A stretch of 64,000 nucleotides of DNA from Podarcis bocagei (lineage: Eukaryota): assembly GCA_964188305.1 (NCBI GenBank), contig OZ076885.1; one strand, given 5' to 3'. The notes under the pieces are model-generated. The model was not told the DNA's origin. It saw only the letters and a list, made by a program, of their open reading frames with translations, and made no database searches. This document shows, in pieces, positions 36,301 to 45,975 of the stretch; the first letter of the stretch is position 1, and each line of letters opens with the position of its first letter. A program made the translations under genes and the position numbers.

Positions 36301-39300
36301 TTTAGAATTGGGGATGGGTGTCATGGTCATCTCCGGCTGAAAAAAAAGCCCTGCATACTACACACATTACAGATGTTTGGGATGAGGGTGCGTTGGCTAA
36401 AAGCAAGTGGCTTGTCTAAGGTCACCTAATGAGTTTGAGGCAAATAATAATAATTTTAATATTAATAATAATAATAATTTATTATTTATACCCCGCCCAT
36501 CTGGCTGGGCTTCCCCAGCCACCCTGGGCGGCTTCCAAAAGAATATTAAAATACTATGATACATCAAACATTAAAAGCTTCCCTAAACAGGGCTGCCTTC
36601 AGATGTCTTTTAAAAGTCTGGTAGTTGTTGTTCTCTTTGACATCTGGTGGGAGGGCGTTCCACAGGGAGGGCGCCACTACCGAGAAGGCCTTCTGCCTGG
36701 TTCCCTGTAACTTGGCTTCTCGCAGTGAGGGAACCGCCAGAAGGCCCTCGGTGCTGGACCTCAGTGATTAGATTTAACTGCAGAGTCTACAATGTAGACT
36801 TCTTCGGTCTGCAATGCTACCCCAGCTCTCATATCTGTGTGTACACACAGCCCTGCAATCCATCCGTTATGAGGAACTTGGGTGCAGATGTCTCCACAGC
36901 CAGTTTCAGTTCAGTCTTGTACATTGTGGTCCCCATTGTCCCAGTCAATTGGACACTTACAGCAGCTTGCCCAAGACAGTACTCAGATGCATTGTCAAAT
37001 GTGTTGGCAGGGGGAACCCTAGAGCTAACAGAACATGGATGTTGTGGGTCAGAGGGGCTGAGATGTACATAGGAGAAATACAAATCTGTGTTATACCTGC
37101 CTCTGGCTACAGCAGACATTTTTATGAGCATTCCAGCAACCATAATGATGCATATCTGTATGTAGTTCTCTCCCTCCCTATCCTATTCTGCTGCTTTTTT
37201 ATCATGTATGGTGTCTGACTAAAAAGGAAGTATGAATTATGTACAGCTGTCACTCTTCCTCTGTCTGGAATGCATCCCACCATTGCCCCTCCTAGTGTCT
37301 CCAGCTCAGAAACAGGCTGAAGCGGTTCTCAACAAGCTCGAGTGGTTGACTTTGCAAGCAAACAGCGCTTGGACCTTCACCTGACATACCCTCTTATAGC
37401 CTCCAATGCCTTAACCACCACCGCAATCCAGAAACTGCCCACCGGCAGGCCTACATTTGAACTCCTGAATGCATGAAAAGGGAGCTTTGGAATGTTGCAC
37501 ATGGGTGGAGAGAGGTACGCAAAAGCAAGAGGTAGGGGCCCCTCTGTCACTTGCCCACAGTTTACAATACCATTGCAGGCCACCATCGCAGAAAAAAAGC
37601 AGTTTTCTTCCCAAGTTAAAATTTGTAACATTTAGTGAATTGTATAATAACTCGAAAGCTGCCAATGGAACCTCCACTCACAAAGGTGGTTGTTGCCATG
37701 GGGAAAGTGAGGTGGTGTCACTTTTTGCTCAGGCTATTTCCAATGGAAAAAAAATTGGCACCAATGGGAGATTTTTTTTCTTATTATAAAAAAGTCAAAG
37801 GGGTTGCTGTGTTAAGTCTCTTGCAGTGAAAACAAATACTGGTAATCTTGAGGCACCTTAAAGATGAGTAACATTTGTAATGGCTTTTGTAGACTTAAGC
37901 TTGCATCTTCAGATGCATTTAATGAAGTGGCCTTGGGTCAGTGGAAGCCTCTGCCACAACCACAAGACTCTCTGATTGTTTTTCATTGGGCATGGAATGC
38001 TGTTGGACGGGGCTGGGGGACAGGATGGGAAAGCCCGTTGGTGGGGAATTAAGTCAAGTATTTCAAGGAGCATGGCTGCCTGCCTAGAACACTGAAGGAG
38101 GAGCACTCCATACTGCAACATTTTGTTCTAGGTCCAAAACATTTTCCAGCCATTTAATGGTGCCCACTAAATCCTCGTGGAATGCCTCAAGGAAAGAAAC
38201 GATGTGTTGGAAATACATTGTTTTGTTACACTGAAAAGAGGGAGGAAAATGAGATCATATGAAAATGAAATGCAATATATACAGACTGTGAGAACTGCAT
38301 TAAAATTTTAAATAAGGCATAGGCAAACTCGGCTCTCCAGGACCAGTGGTCAGGGATGATGGGAATTGTAGTCTCAAAACAACTCGAGGACCGAGTTTGC
38401 CTACGCCTGATTTAAATGAATCTAAAATAACAACAGTGACAATTCAACAAGTAGTGTTAATGATATACAAACATGCTCGCATTGGTAAGTCAATTATCCA
38501 CCTACATGTGTTAAGACTACGTTCAGGACACAGATGATAGAAATGAATTTCTGGGTGTTATGCACACCAAATTGGTTATATTTCTCAGTTTTAAAAAACC
38601 CAGAAGTTTGGCTATGTGTTCATTCTGCAGGGCTTCCAAACATTTTTAAAAACCCAATAATAAAGCAAAAGCTTCATATAAAAGGGCATGGCTTTGATGT
38701 GAAAACAAGGAGCTGTTTGCCACTTATTATCTGGTTTTTTTTAAAAAAAACTGACTAGAGGTGTGCTTTTGTACAGGCATTGCAAGGCAAGGGAGCATTC
38801 AGTCTATAAAGGCTAAGGGAAGACGGCAACAAAGCCAATCAGCCCAAGAAGCAGACACTTGAAAAAAGAAGTAGCAGACTCAGAATAATGATCGCTATGA
38901 CCAGGGCGAGGCCCCGCTGTTGCAGGAGGAGAGGCGGCAGCACGCACATGAGACAGCACACAATGAAAAGAGTCACAGCAGGAGGGACGATCATAATCTG
39001 TCCTAAAAGCAATTTTTAAAAAGGGACTGCCAATTTTATTTTGCCATTGCAAAGATCTGAAGATTGCTGAGGAAAGACTTATGTGGTAAAAATGTAAGTG
39101 CCTATTATTAACTTTTATATATTCCACATCTCTAAAATTGTGCTAGATTATGACGTAACCAGAGGCATATGTGCTGAAGAAGAAAAACGCCACCATGAAT
39201 AACAAGGTGCCATATTTGAACAAAGGGAGAAGGCCAGGAGAGTTCACTTCCCTTTGTCCATATGAGCCCCCTAGGGTAGCTTTTTGCCAACCTTCTGTCC

Positions 39301-42300
39301 TCCGTATGGTGTTCGGACCACAACTCCCATCATCCCCAGCCGGCACAGCTGGGAGTTGGAGTCCGACAAAATCTGGAGGGCGCCAGATTGGCACAGGCTG
39401 CCCTAGGATGAGGCATGTTTTGGCCATTGTTATTCAGTAGCTTCTTGCCTGTGAAATTTGATAGGCATGGCCGGGAGAGCTGGCAGGATGTTCCAGCTCT
39501 GATTACAGTCATGCCTCTTCTACTGCACCTCTCATCGTCTCCCCTGCAGCTGCTTCTACCCCACTTTGCTCAGCCCCTTCTCCTGTCTCTATCACTGTTG
39601 CCACCACCGCCAGGCTTCAAGGTTTCTACAGATGCATACAACATCTGCTCTCACTTCCCTAGGGCAGGCACACCATGGTTAGGCTGTGCTTCTCCCTAAA
39701 TAGATTGGATCAGCTCTAGAGAGTGCCAGTGCCACCTTCTACCTGAAGGAGGGGAAGAGATAGGAAAGGGCAGAGGAGGGGAGGGGAGAGAAACCACCCC
39801 CAGTGACCCCACATCTTCTGCACAAGAATCAGGGCACCTCAACTCCATCACTGATGAGAGGAGGGAAGAGGATGTTTTGCAGGACTTCAGCTTTCCATTC
39901 TGGGTATGGTAAAATTTGGAATAGCTCATTCAGACCTGTAGGATCGGTGTAACTGAGGGCACATCTGCGCTCAAGTTACAAAGATCCTATAGATCTGGAT
40001 GAGACACTTCAAATTTCACCATACCCAAATTGGATGTCCAAGAGCACTTCAGTTTACTGTGTCCACAAGAAATGCATATGCACCCTGTACCTTGTTTTAA
40101 GGTACTTCTGTTTGATGCTGTTGTTTCTCAAACCTACTCCACACTGATTGGGGTCCTTAAGCTGTCCCTAATTTGTTTCTAGCCAAGGTGTGAGCACCTT
40201 TTAATGTGAACACACCCTTACAGCACAAGTTTAACCAGGTTTACTCAGAAGGAAGTCCCAATGATTTGAATGGGATTCACCTGCAGGTGTGTATGCTCTG
40301 AATGGTGGCTTTCCTTCTCTTGGATATAAGACCACATCACACGGTAAAGCATGTGCATCATTAAAGCTGTGGAAAGCAAGTTTTTAGAAGCCACAGCACA
40401 ATATTCCAACCACTAGGAAGTTACATTGTTGACCTAAATTAACTCCCCACCACACAAAATAAAGCTGCTCCTATTGGATTTCTGCCTGTTCTATAGCTCT
40501 TAAAGACACACCACTCTGTCAGGCTCAGGGCAGTGACTAAAAGCACATGTAGAAGAAGCCTTGTCTGGATGCAGGAACCAGTGTCTGCCACCTTGAATAT
40601 CTATTTTAGGTCCAACAGAATCCTAACAAAGGGAGGGTGGAATGGAGGACTTTAGCAGTATAATTCCCCAAACTCAAAATCGAAGTGTTTCATGCCTTCA
40701 TTGAATTAACAAGGTTTCAAACCTGTTTAGGATCCATGGGTTGCACTGAGACATGTAGGATTGTGGGAATACAGGCAGGAACTGGGATCTCCTTTCAGGT
40801 AGGCCCATCCTTCTCCTGTCAGCCCAAAGGACAGCATTGCATAGGACAGGACAGACATACCAGTGCAGGGTGTGGGACTAGACTCCACAATTAGAACTAG
40901 AGTGACAGATGAAAGGGTGGGTGCAGTCATCAAGAAAGTGAGCTCCAGGTGTGTCCAAGAGCTTCCTACCCTCTGGTGTTCTATCATTAATCTCAGTGTA
41001 GTTCAAAGGCTATATGGTAACACCATCCAGTGCTGTTGATCTGCCACTATTCAGCAATCTCATATTGCAGAGATAGTAATCTCTGAGTTTTGCAGAGATA
41101 GTTAAGCAGGTTAGCTGCTAATTGAGCCTTTGATTCCAGGAACTGTTCTTGTTCCCATTTCACGGGATGTCAAACAATGACAAGACTGAAACTAGCTCAT
41201 GAGGGAGAAACCATTGAGACCAGCACCAAATGTAACCCAAGGTCTTAACTGAACACTTCTATCCCGCTCTTCACTGCAGCACTGCCAAGGCTGGAGAACA
41301 GTAAACGGTGCCTTTGACTTTACATACGGGATCCACCATCACACCCTGACAAAGCAGGGGTGGCTAACCTGTGACCCTCCAGGCATTGCTGGACTCTAAC
41401 CCCATCAGCATGGCCAAAGGTCAGGGGTAATGGGAATTGTAGTCCAGCAACACCTGGAAGGCAACAGGTTCTCCAGGTGTATACAATGCCCCTGCCCCTG
41501 CGTAGATGCACTACTGAGAAGTTAAATTATTACTATTGGTGCACATGATTCTACTCTGCACAATTTAATCCTCACAACATTCCCTATGAGTTAGATTAGG
41601 CTAAGAGAGAGTGATTTGCCTTAAGCTGCCCAGTGAGCTTTATGACTGAGTGGAGGTTTAAACTCTGGCCTCCCGGTTGCATTTAGCTGCATTTTGACAT
41701 AGGCAATGAATGAACTGAGAATTATTTCCAACTGGTAAAATACACCAAGGCCGTTGAGGCAGAATCACAAGAAACGTAAGGAAGAAAATCCCAAACTAAG
41801 ACCCTGATGTTGGGAAAGATTGAGGGCACAAGGAGAAAGGGATGACAGAGGACGAGATGATTGGACAGTGTCCTCAAAGCTACCAGCATGAGTTTGACCA
41901 AACTGTGGGAAGCAGTGGAAGACAGGAGTGCCTGGCGTGCTCTGGTTCATGGGGTCATGAAGAGTTGGACACGACTGAACGACTAAACAACAAACTCTCA
42001 GGTTCTTGTGAGAAACTTTCTACCTCTATTGTTTAGCCAGCACCTGAAAGAGGAAACAGTCTGACTCTGAAAGCAAAGGAAACTTTGTACCGTACTGGAA
42101 CCCTGCCCTGGCGTTTGTGGCAGGGCGTTTACATGAATGGAATACGTCAACCTGATAGGGGGTCATAAATTACAAGTGACCTCTCCTAATCTCTGGATTG
42201 CAATCTAGGTCTCCAAATGCAGCGGTGAAAAACAAGCAGTGGGAGCAGAACTAAAATATGTCCAACTTCCATGTAAAGAGACCCACTTGGTTCCTTCCAA

Positions 42301-44685
42301 AACACTTTTGTGGGTGTGGCAGAGGAGAGCCTAGTAATTAAATGCAGCATAATTGTCACTGGTGCCATCAAGGAAACTGGAAGGATTTCAAGACTATAAT
42401 TCTACTGAAGAGAGGTGACATCTCCCCATCTCCAGCAGAAGCCTTCTGTTAACTACTCGAGTAGCAGGCATTACAGCAGCGCAAGCGTCTTCAGTTTAGT
42501 GGTGCTGTGGGTGGTGAAAACTGCATCAGATGAATTTTTGCCTGTCACACAGCTGTTGTAGATGCAGCACCTTTCTCAGGATGACTCAGGAAATGCAGAG
42601 TGTGAACCCTACTGTTGAAAGACGCTTGCTCCATCTCTCCTCTAACTCAGTGTGAGGAAATGGATAGTTATCAGTAGAGCATGGAAAGCTCAAGTTCAAA
42701 TCCATATCCTGCTCAGCCATCAAGCTCACTGGAGCTGCCAGTGAGCTACTCCTATGCACCTGGGTGTAAATCCCACAACATTGAGGACTCACCCACAACT
42801 TCCCTTTGTCCCATAATAACTGAGTAGCTAGGACAGAGTGGCAAATAAAACCCACAGTGTTAACATTTAAGCAATCCCTCCTGCTTCCTCAACATAGCGC
42901 TAGGTTTTGATTGGAGCTGAGGAACCAGTGGCTCCCTAGATGCTACTGGACTCCAGCTGCCATCATTCCTGATCATTGGTCATGCTGACTGGGGCAGATG
43001 GGAGTTGGGAATCTGCTGGGCCACAGATTCCCTAGCCCTGCTGTACATAAATTGTGTGGATGGGAGAATTAAAGAAGGTGCACCTACTATTGTCCCTGAC
43101 AGTATTATGCCCTAAGGGGCAGCTTGGGAGAGGTGAGGGTGGTTTATTCCCTCAGGTTAAGCCAATTATTTAAGTGAGACAATTGTCCACAGAACCAGGG
43201 TTGCTTCCTTGTGTGGTGCAGTGGTTAGAGTGTTGGACGAGGACCTGGGAGGCTAGAGTTCAAATCCCCACTCAGCCATGAAGCTCACTGTGTAACCATA
43301 GGCCAGTCACTCTCTCTCAGCCTAACCTACCCCACAGGGTTGTTGCGAGGTAAAATGGGGAAGAGGAGAACCACACCACACACCTTGAAATCCTTGGCTG
43401 GAATATAAATGTAAAATAAACAACATAAAAGCTGCAAAGTAGTAGTCCAAACTAGGTTGGTAAGGTTAGCATAATGTTACCATAGGCACAGTGGCTCCAG
43501 GAAGAATTATTGTTTTGCAGACAGCAGCAGGAGGCAAAGAACCAGTAGAAATTACTTGCATAATAAACAGCTGGAGAAACCGAGAGCAGTTTAAGTGCAA
43601 GGTATGGGGGATATTTGACCGAATCTCATGTTTGATTAAATCTATGAGGCAAGGCAAATTGCTGGAGAGGAGAATTCTTCTGCTATCTCACTTAGTCATT
43701 CTCAGTTGTGACTAACCTTTGTCTGGCCTGCGTATCTTGTGTGTGACCCAGACTAAACCTTTGAGAAGGTCCACACCACCTTCCCAGAGAGGAAGCTGTC
43801 TTGGTAACACAGCCCTATTATTATCATAAAAACTATTGGCGACAGTTTCTCCTTCTGTCTACGATAGTTAGCATATAAACCTACCACACTGGCTGGCTGA
43901 CTAAGCCCACAACCACCCCAACAAGGGCATATTCCTGGTTGAAGCATCTGAATCAACAACACAGCTGGGCTAACTCCTCCACTGCACTTTTTTGCCCGGT
44001 GCCATTTTATCACACGGTTTGATTAATGCAGCTGCACCGCCAGAGTTAGAAGAGTTCGCACAACAAACAGGAGAGAGGGTTAGGAGTGGCGAGCTTTGAG
44101 CTGGGAGGCCCTGAAGTTCCCATCTCACCTCACCCTTGAACTCCCCAGGGGTGGCCTCCACCAAGCAACTGTTTTCTCATTCTAATGAGAGTAGCAAGGC
44201 TGACTTACCTCGCCAGAACACTGCAACAATTTCCTAGATAATGGGTGGCATCCAACTAACTTTTACTCACAGCAGACCTACTGGAATCAATGAGCCTGAG
44301 TCACGTGCATTCATTTCTGTGGGTCTACTCTGAGTCAAACGTAGTTCAATACAGACCCTTCACAATTCCCACGCAATCGACCCAAAGGTTTCTCTCTACC
44401 ACCTGACGCCCCTCTGCAGCGAACAACCTGCGCCCAGTTTCATTTCTCCCCTCGCCTACCTTTCAGCTCCGCGTAGTCCAGCATCGCTCCGTTGGTCCTG
44501 GGGGTCGAGTGGCTCTTCTGCAACATCCTCATGCGGACCTGCTCCTGCACCCGAGCGCTCTTGAACCCCTCGGCGGCGTCGGGGGCCTCGCTCTTCCTGT
44601 CCAGCTGCTTGTCCGAGGGCAGCGCCAAGGAGCACACACCATCCTCCGGCTGCAGAGCCGACAAGAAGAAGTTATTCTCCTGCAT
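5630..44685 (-). CDS. PKP3: Plakophilin-3, whole spliced CDS: 13 exons, 2496 nt, 831 aa; desmosomal armadillo-repeat protein
   Basis: Exon lengths 226+89+734+124+205+175+118+168+186+154+193+88+36 = 2496. All introns are GT..AG with matching phases. N-terminus MQENNFFLSALQPEDGVCSLALPSD..RVQEQVR, the ARM repeats and C-terminus KGYRKEDF match plakophilin-3. Confidence 0.97.
6596..6683 (-). CDS. PKP3: PKP3 exon 12 (88 nt)
   Basis: tctccag|C then SDSEKSSRAASSLLTNMWQYSKLHRDYKT|GTATG. Confidence 0.95.
7410..7602 (-). CDS. PKP3: PKP3 exon 11 (193 nt)
   Basis: tttgcag|CA then TKVVSHLIEKLPGS...YFDGLRKLFYIKKKRD AG|GTGGGG. Confidence 0.95.
7798..7951 (-). CDS. PKP3: PKP3 exon 10 (154 nt)
   Basis: cattgtag|WAGVLSRVALEQERILNPVLDRVRTADHHQLRSLTGLIRNLSRNARNKDEM T|GTGAGT (translated by hand). 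Confidence 0.96.
8323..8512. mobile_element. Old hAT-Charlie MITE (MER103C-like) in PKP3 intron 9
   Basis: TIRs TAGGGATTCTTAACC / GGTTAAGAACTATTG; 8-bp TSD GCCTACAT / ACCTATAT (6 of 8 match, central TA). Confidence 0.75.
8971..9156 (-). CDS. PKP3: PKP3 exon 9 (186 nt)
   Basis: ctcccaag|LHMNSDIVTFTEVSKDPKGMEWLWNPQII...EAASGALQNITAGDRR|GTAAGG. Confidence 0.95.
9975..10142 (-). CDS. PKP3: PKP3 exon 8 (168 nt)
   Basis: ccctacag|SVENAVCVLRNLSYRLYDEMPPSALQRLEG...LVGCFSPQGRRARE|GTGAG. Confidence 0.96.
11986..12103 (-). CDS. PKP3: PKP3 exon 7 (118 nt)
   Basis: cttctag|G then NLSSASQQTRQKMRECHGLVDSMVNYINSSLEVGKSEDK|GTGAG. Confidence 0.96.
12975..13149 (-). CDS. PKP3: PKP3 exon 6 (175 nt)
   Basis: ctctgcag|GA then ILWNLSSSDNLKDRLARDTLEKLTDLVL...IFYNATGFL AG|GTATT. 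Confidence 0.96.
13555..13796 (+). mobile_element. pogo/Tigger-type (Tc1-mariner) MITE, copy A
   Basis: TIRs CA(T)TGGTACCT / GAGGTACCACTG, TA on both sides, internal AACCTGAAG repeats; same family as the copies at 14253 and 27662. Confidence 0.9.
13968..14166 (+). mobile_element. tRNA-derived squamate SINE
   Basis: A box TAGCTCAGTGG and B box GGTTCAATCCC, then body GAGCTGCTGCCAGTCAGTG..TATAAGGCAGCTT shared with other copies. Confidence 0.8.
14253..14480 (-). mobile_element. Same MITE, copy B, inverted relative to A and C
   Basis: TA-CAGTGGTACCTC...GAGGTACCACTG-TA; internal sequence is the reverse complement of copy A. Confidence 0.9.
16181..16232. repeat. (AC)26 microsatellite
   Basis: Read directly. 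Confidence 0.98.
17062..17109. repeat. Compound (TG)n-CG-(CA)n self-complementary microsatellite
   Basis: Read directly. Confidence 0.95.
18225..18293. repeat. (TTGTA)n pentanucleotide microsatellite, about 14 units, after a SINE fragment
   Basis: Read directly. Confidence 0.97.
18726..18930 (-). CDS. PKP3: PKP3 exon 5 (205 nt)
   Basis: ARSLQAVPKLVKLFNNSNHEVQRHATGAMRNLIYDNAENKLALVEENG...RKNVT G|GTGAG. Confidence 0.96.
19245..19368 (-). CDS. PKP3: PKP3 exon 4 (124 nt)
   Basis: ttttcag|G then FDDIDLPSAVKYLMASDPNLQVLGAAYIQHKCYSDNDAKKQ|GTGAG. Confidence 0.96.
20157..20376. mobile_element. hAT MITE, OC1/OposCharlie-like, 3' TIR missing
   Basis: Starts CAGGGGTAGGCAACC; contains ATAGTCTGGCCC...GGTCTGAGGGAC.GTGGACTGGCCC, recalled as typical of OC1-derived elements. 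Confidence 0.6.
20707..21440 (-). CDS. PKP3: PKP3 exon 3 (734 nt, head domain)
   Basis: Acceptor ccattgtag|CTG, donor GG|GTGAGT; contains SWSSRSAVDL, SFHER, YDTMSLRSLRL, IRAPAMRTLQRFQS, RAPSVRSL. Confidence 0.95.
21916..22004 (-). CDS. PKP3: PKP3 exon 2 (89 nt, phase 1 to 0); not shown in frame in the ORF track
   Basis: Acceptor cttgtcctgcag|GC, donor TCT|GTAAGT; encodes (G)GNSTNGQCSTLQQHYSSRSQTNGTAPKSS, resembling human GQYHTLQAGFSSRSQ; its phase joins exons 1 and 3. Confidence 0.9.
25240..25375. mobile_element. Short palindromic hAT-type MITE; related copies near 11295, 30315, 38320, 39285, 41355, 42915, 48155, 49060 and 54130
   Basis: Near-perfect hairpin CAGGTATCCCCAACC..CCCTCCAGATG..CTACAA.TCCCA ... 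TGGGAGTTGTAG..CATCTGGAGGG..GGTTGGGGTTGCCTG. Confidence 0.8.
27233..27312. repeat. (CT)n(CA)n compound microsatellite
   Basis: Read directly. Confidence 0.97.
27340..29305 (+). mobile_element. Heavily degraded Ty3/Gypsy LTR-retrotransposon relic (RT-RNaseH, possible PPT and 3' LTR)
   Basis: Hand-read fragments KLNEAVVREKY, LRQFLGMLNY (28362-28391), VLLQ..WMPVTFCSRTL..ASVWSCKNFYRYL..DHNP, QLIIADTLS; purine tract AAGGAAGGGA at 29122-29131 followed by TGTT...AACA (29132-29305). Outer boundaries are approximate. Confidence 0.7.
27662..27887 (+). mobile_element. Same MITE, copy C, nested in a Gypsy pol relic
   Basis: TA-CAGTGGTACCTCAGGTTAAGTACTTAATTCG...GAGGTACCACTG-TA. Confidence 0.9.
29887..30246. 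mobile_element. Internally deleted Tigger1-like DNA transposon with GC-rich filler
   Basis: Ends CAGGCACACCTC / GAGGTACACCTG-TA; subterminal GCTTTATTG repeats and AACATAACTTTTATATGCACT resemble Tigger1 ends as recalled. Confidence 0.75.
36467..36766 (-). mobile_element. LINE 3' fragment, probably L2 clade; shorter copy at about 9800-9895
   Basis: (TAA)n tail plus TTTATACCCCGCCCATCTGGCTGGG..CAGCCAC.CTG present at both sites. Confidence 0.65.
41798..41994 (+). mobile_element. Short BovB 3'-end fragment in PKP3 intron 1
   Basis: Closely similar to about 51207-51400 (AAGACCCTGATGTTGGGAAAGATTGAGGGCAC...GACTAAACAACAA). Confidence 0.9.
43210..43420 (+). mobile_element. Second tRNA-derived (MIR/CORE-like) SINE family; degraded copies near 10830, 31270, 36350, 41560 and 42670
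   Basis: TGGTGCAGTGGTTAGAG A box, GTTCAAATCC B box, CTCAGCCTAACCTACC.CACAGGGTTGTTG core and A-rich tail. Confidence 0.7.
44245..44353. repeat. Palindromic MITE-like repeat; partial copy at about 4010-4082
   Basis: CAACTAACTTTTACTCAC.GCAGACC ... GGTCTACTCTGAGTCAAACGTAGTT imperfect inverted arms. Confidence 0.6.
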
Positions 44686-45500
44686 GCTGGCTGCTGGGCC
44701 AGGCGCGCACGTGAAAAACAGCCCGGCTCTTCCTCCGGGTCAACCCGCCCCTTCCCCGCGCCTGCCAGGAACTCTGTGTGGGCTGAGGGGAAGTTCCTCG
44801 CGAGGGCTTGGAGCAGCCCTTCCGCTCCTCCTGCGCCCTCTTCTCTGCGCCCAAATGGCGCTTTGACGCGCCAGGTAAGTTGCGCGCTTATTCACAGGTG
44901 AGTCTGTCGGGCCCTCCCTCTGACTTCCTTAGTTAGTCTACCAAAAAAAACCAAAAAGTTTCTTCATTCAGGGAGCGCGCCCGCGCGCCCACGCATGCAC
45001 CCTCCTCCACGCCATCCCCGGTCTTCTTGCAAGCGTCGTTTGGTTTCCTGGGACTTTCCTTCTCTGCGCTGCTGGTGACACACCTACGTGATTCCACCCC
45101 TCTCTCTCCCTAGCAACTGAGATCAGCCGGGAGGCAGAGCAGCAGGTCGGCCGCTTCCACCTTAAGCAGGTGAGGCGTTGGGCAAAGCGGTGCCTTTAAG
45201 GTGGAATTCCAAAGATGCACGAACTGGCCTGGCCTTGGCCCTGCCCTGCCCCACACCTCGCCCTCAGCTGTGTAAACTGGCAAAAGCGGTTATGGGTGCG
45301 GTGCCTCCAGGGTTCTTGAAGGGTGTGCGTTTGTGTGCCTAGAGATAGAGGGCTGTAGGCCGTGGTGCCATCCCGCTCTCCTCTCTTTTTGTTACACCTT
45401 CTCCATTCCGCGAAAACAGAGCTCCCCCGGTTCTGGCAGAGCCCCGTGTCAACAAAAGTGCAGCAAAACAAGGAACGAACACGCCTCGGCCGAACCCAGC
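44400..45500 (-). promoter_or_regulatory. CpG-island promoter and first exon region of PKP3
   Basis: Sharp local rise in GC and CpG; GC box CCCGCCCC 44744-44751; CACGTG 44708-44713; YY1-like AAATGGCG about 44853-44860; CAGGTA/CAGGTG boxes at 44872, 44895 and 45167. Confidence 0.8.
44460..44685 (-). CDS. PKP3: PKP3 exon 1 coding part (226 nt, ends phase 1)
   Basis: MQENNFFLSALQPEDGVCSLALPSDKQLDR...ARVQEQVRMRMLQ...YAELK; donor AAG|GTAGGC; lies in the CpG island. Confidence 0.95.
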
Positions 45501-45794
45501 TTTGTTCCCTCCCAGCTTGTGAAGTAACTTAACAGCCTGTACATTCCAAACACTGAGCTGCTGCCTTGGGAGCTGAGCGGGAGAAGGGATAGAGGCAGGC
45601 CAAAGTCCAGGAGTTCAATCCAGGCTCCTCCTCCTGCTCACCCAGAGTCCCAGGAGGCACCTCTAGAGCACTCAGAGTGTGAGGCTCAGCTACACAGGCG
45701 CATTCTGTGCCATGGCTGCAACCAGGGAGAGACAGTGGGTGAGCAAGTCATGCCAGCTGTGGCCTTTCCTCCCCCGTCATTTTCTTCACCAGAG

Positions 45795-45975
45795 TATATA
45801 GGTAGCTGCCTTATACAGAGTCAGACCACTGGTCCATCTAGCTCAGTATTGTCTACACTGACTGGCAGCAGCTCTCCAGGGTTTTGGGCAAGTCTTCCCA
45901 GTCCTACCTGGAGATCAAAACTAGGACCTTCTTTGTATAAGGCAGATGCTGTACCACTGAGCTTCGACCCTTCCC
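45795..45975 (-). mobile_element. tRNA-derived squamate SINE, same family, reverse orientation
   Basis: Reverse complement of the 13968 copy (AGCTGCCTTATAC...CACTGACTGGCAGCAGCTC...ACCACTGAGCT). Confidence 0.8.

Noticed and set aside
44492-44901. 124-aa and 130-aa plus-strand ORFs over exon 1
   Set aside because: Expected scarcity of stop codons in a CpG island antisense to coding sequence; no recognisable protein.
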